Below, piece after piece: positions 30,432 to 32,000 of a DNA stretch of 32,000 nucleotides (its first letter is position 1; each line of letters opens with the position of its first letter). The notes below the pieces were generated by a model. That model did not search any database. It saw only the letters and a program-made list of their open reading frames with translations, and was not told the DNA's origin. This DNA comes from Psychrobacter sp. HD31. Its GTDB lineage: Bacteria > Pseudomonadota > Gammaproteobacteria > Pseudomonadales > Moraxellaceae. A program made the position numbers and the translations under genes. Location: contig NZ_CP142525.1 of NCBI RefSeq assembly GCF_051097895.1, positions 1,560,001 to 1,592,000 on the forward strand, written 5' to 3'.

Positions 30432-30920
30432 ATGAGCATTCAAGAAAACTGGCAAAAAGTTAAAAAAGTCCTTGAAGAAGGTCAAGCATCTACGATTTAT
30501 TGCTCTATCGCAACGGTTAACCCCGACGGTTCGCCACATATCACGCCAGTGGGTACGGTTTTTCTTCGTGACGATTTAACCGGATATTTTTTCGATCATT
30601 ATGCTGTAAAAATGGGAGAAAATATCGACTCAAATCCTAATATTTGTATCATGGCAGTTAATGCAGGTCGTATGTTTTGGTTACGCTCACTGATTAAAGG
30701 CAAGTTTGTATCACATCCTGGCGTTCGGCTTTATGGTAAAGCAGGACCAGTTAGACCAGCAACAAAAGAAGAAATAAAGAAAATTGAAGACCGTGTTAAA
30801 CCTACAAAATGGCTTAAAGGTGCTGGCTTGCTTTGGACTGATTTTACCCATGTAAGAGATGTAGACTTTAGTGACTATAAGCCAATTACCTACCCTGTTA
30901 TGATGGATGGAATGTGGTAA
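30432..30920 (+). CDS. pyridoxamine 5'-phosphate oxidase-like FMN-binding split-barrel protein
   Basis: 162 aa. CSIATVNPDGSPHITPVGTVF is the typical N-terminal strand pattern of the PNPOx-like/general stress protein 26 fold. An AAGGA RBS is present. Confidence 0.65.
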   Translation: MSIQENWQKVKKVLEEGQASTIYCSIATVNPDGSPHITPVGTVFLRDDLTGYFFDHYAVKMGENIDSNPNICIMAVNAGRMFWLRSLIKGKFVSHPGVRLYGKAGPVRPATKEEIKKIEDRVKPTKWLKGAGLLWTDFTHVRDVDFSDYKPITYPVMMDGMW

Positions 30921-31034
30921 ACATGCTAGAGTCATAACAAGTCAGGCACTGGATGAAAATGGTAATTTCGTTTAGTTTTGCCTGTGCTTTCATTGATATA
31001 AGTATCTACTGTTTTTTGAGGCAAAACGAGTTAA

Positions 31035-31106
31035 GTAAGATGCGCTCTACGCACCATTTTATGAGGAATAGCTAAGTTATTTTGCGGTGTGTGGAACGAA
31101 TGCTAC
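31035..31106. repeat. GTAG-family imperfect palindrome (S2, two inverted arms)
   Basis: Left arm GTAAGATGCGCTCTACGCACCATTTT (31035-31060) faces right arm ATTTTGCGGTGTGTGGAACGAATGCTAC (31079-31106). They pair imperfectly over ~22 positions with mismatches and wobbles. Confidence 0.6.
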
Positions 31107-31244
31107 AAGATTTTTCGATAAGATTATCTAAGCATTTATGCCCTTATAGTAAGGTATTAGGCGCAAGAGGAGAGGGCTATCAAATTCTTAAAAATTTTGT
31201 CTCTTAAAGTTAGATTAAGAGCTTTGTCTAAACAAGAAATATGT

Positions 31245-31646
31245 ATGCCAATAGAGATATTTTCATTATCTCGAGAAATGGAAAAGCTTTACCCAGATAT
31301 TAGAGTACAAGCTATATTTGAGGAGTTTAAGAGCAATAATAGTGCTTTTGTAAGGCGTGCAATGCTTACAGTAACAAGATTTATTGGTGCAGAATTTGCA
31401 CAAGACAATGTAGATTACATTAGAGAATCAATAAAAGACCAAGACGAATGGGTTGCTTATGATGCAATTTGGTCACTATCTGAAAATAATTTGTTAACTG
31501 CCAATGACTATACAACTCTGCTAGATTATGCAGAATCATACAGCGATTTGAGTTTAGAGGAACTAGAACAAATTTCTCCAAAATCTGCTGATGAATATCG
31601 TAATAAAATTGCCGCCGAGGCACTAATAAAACTAGCTAGTAAGTAG
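31245..31646 (+). CDS. hypothetical protein with HEAT/PBS-lyase-like repeats
   Basis: 133 aa from the ATG at 31245; the ORF track starts at TTG 31197. Repeated helical units are NSAFVRRAMLTVTRFIG, DEWVAYDAIWSLSE and EYRNKIAAEALIKLA. The TAG stop lies inside the S3 element. Confidence 0.55.
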   Translation: MPIEIFSLSREMEKLYPDIRVQAIFEEFKSNNSAFVRRAMLTVTRFIGAEFAQDNVDYIRESIKDQDEWVAYDAIWSLSENNLLTANDYTTLLDYAESYSDLSLEELEQISPKSADEYRNKIAAEALIKLASK

Positions 31647-31704
31647 AGTGTTTTCCACGCACCATTTAATGAGATTGTTTTGTGGTGAGTAGAACGCACT
31701 CTAC
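31643..31704. repeat. GTAG-family imperfect palindrome (S3, two inverted arms)
   Basis: Left arm GTAGAGTGTTTTCCACGCACCA (31643-31664), an 18-nt loop, then right arm TGGTGAGTAGAACGCACTCTAC (31683-31704). It sits between the convergent HEAT-like ORF and rsmB. Confidence 0.7.
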
Positions 31705-31720
31705 TCACTTAATCGAACTA

Positions 31721-32000
31721 TCAACCCTTCCTCAACACCGCATAATAAAAGCCATCGCCACCACTTTTATTCAAGTCACCATCTATTGGCAAACATTGGC
31801 GTCCAACTGCTTGTTCAATGCCCCAATCTGCATTAATTTTAACCTCATTGGCATCGCTATGGTCTGCCAAAAACGCCAACATTTGGGTCTCGTTTTCATC
31901 TTTTAAAATAGAGCAAGTGGCATAAATCAAAACCCCGTTTGGTTTTAATTGTTGCCATAAGTTTTGCAAAATCTGTTTTTGCAGGCTTACCGTTTGTTCT
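31721..32000 (-). CDS. rsmB: 16S rRNA (cytosine967-C5)-methyltransferase RsmB, C-terminal part (gene continues past the right edge)
   Basis: The frame is open to the window edge. ...LQKQILQNLWQQLKPNGVLIYATCSILKDENETQMLAFLADHSDA...GDGFYYAVLRKG* matches the RsmB/Sun C-terminus (catalytic YATCS, ENE, GFFYA-type tail). Confidence 0.85.
   Translation of the reverse strand, partial: EQTVSLQKQILQNLWQQLKPNGVLIYATCSILKDENETQMLAFLADHSDANEVKINADWGIEQAVGRQCLPIDGDLNKSGGDGFYYAVLRKG

Noticed and set aside
30960-31030. XerC/D dif-like (pdif) module boundary, suggested by ATTTCGTTTAG at ~30965
   Set aside because: There is no matching XerD half-site (TTATGTTAA-like) at a 6-nt spacing. It is probably chance.
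30014-31704. Integron attC sites / gene-cassette array (CALIN)
   Set aside because: Element lengths (62-72 bp) and the ORF-then-palindrome pattern are attC-like. However, I could not find the required R'' (RYYYAAC) and R' (GTTRRRY) core pair in the correct order on either strand; only S2 has a GTTAAGT, and it is at the wrong end. No intI is present. A covariance-model scan (IntegronFinder) would be the decisive test.
30014-31704. CRISPR array
   Set aside because: There are only three related units, irregularly spaced (about 1.0 and 0.6 kb), separated by protein-coding ORFs, and two of them are inverted pairs. No cas genes are present.
31682-31906. 74-aa plus-strand ORF
   Set aside because: It is antisense to the well-supported rsmB C-terminus and begins inside the S3 palindrome.

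Overview
This 32-kb window is the replication-origin neighbourhood of an AT-rich gammaproteobacterial chromosome. The 16S 5' end looks Moraxellaceae/Psychrobacter-like, but I cannot verify the taxon here.

Gene order, left to right:
- 1-138: 5' end of a 16S rRNA gene (minus), with two tandem rrn promoters upstream.
- 795-3003: three small non-core genes (3-TM protein, Dph6/MJ0570-type ATP pyrophosphatase, lipoprotein).
- 3245-9792: gyrB-recF-dnaN-dnaA (minus).
- 9793-10315: AT-rich DnaA-box region, a candidate oriC.
- 10316-16175: rpmH-rnpA-yidD-yidC-mnmE and nrdR-ribD (plus).
- 16232-28058: a block that is almost entirely minus-strand. It holds an 8-strand-type OMP, infC-thrS, pnp-rpsO, an AlkB-like dioxygenase, an ABC exporter and thrC, with a class I aldolase on plus.
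- 28059-31720: a ~3.6-kb accessory island between thrC and the 3' end of rsmB.

The most interesting region is the island. It contains:
- A tightly linked two-gene operon. The first gene encodes a cytoplasmic protein with a HEPN-like RNxxxH motif. The second encodes a minimal 2-TM K+ channel (TTLGYGD filter) with a ~165-aa extracytoplasmic insert. I propose it as a candidate RexAB-like sensor/effector (abortive-infection) module.
- A decayed ~245-bp duplicate of the rsmB 3' end.
- Two further cassette-like ORFs.
- Three GTAG-headed palindromic elements.

Two window-wide signals stand out:
- The 14-mer GTTTCA-CA-TGAAAC occurs 8 times, 6 of them inside genes.
- A ~155-bp long-hairpin repeat is present in two inverted copies.

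All functional calls rest on motif recognition by eye. No database search was possible.
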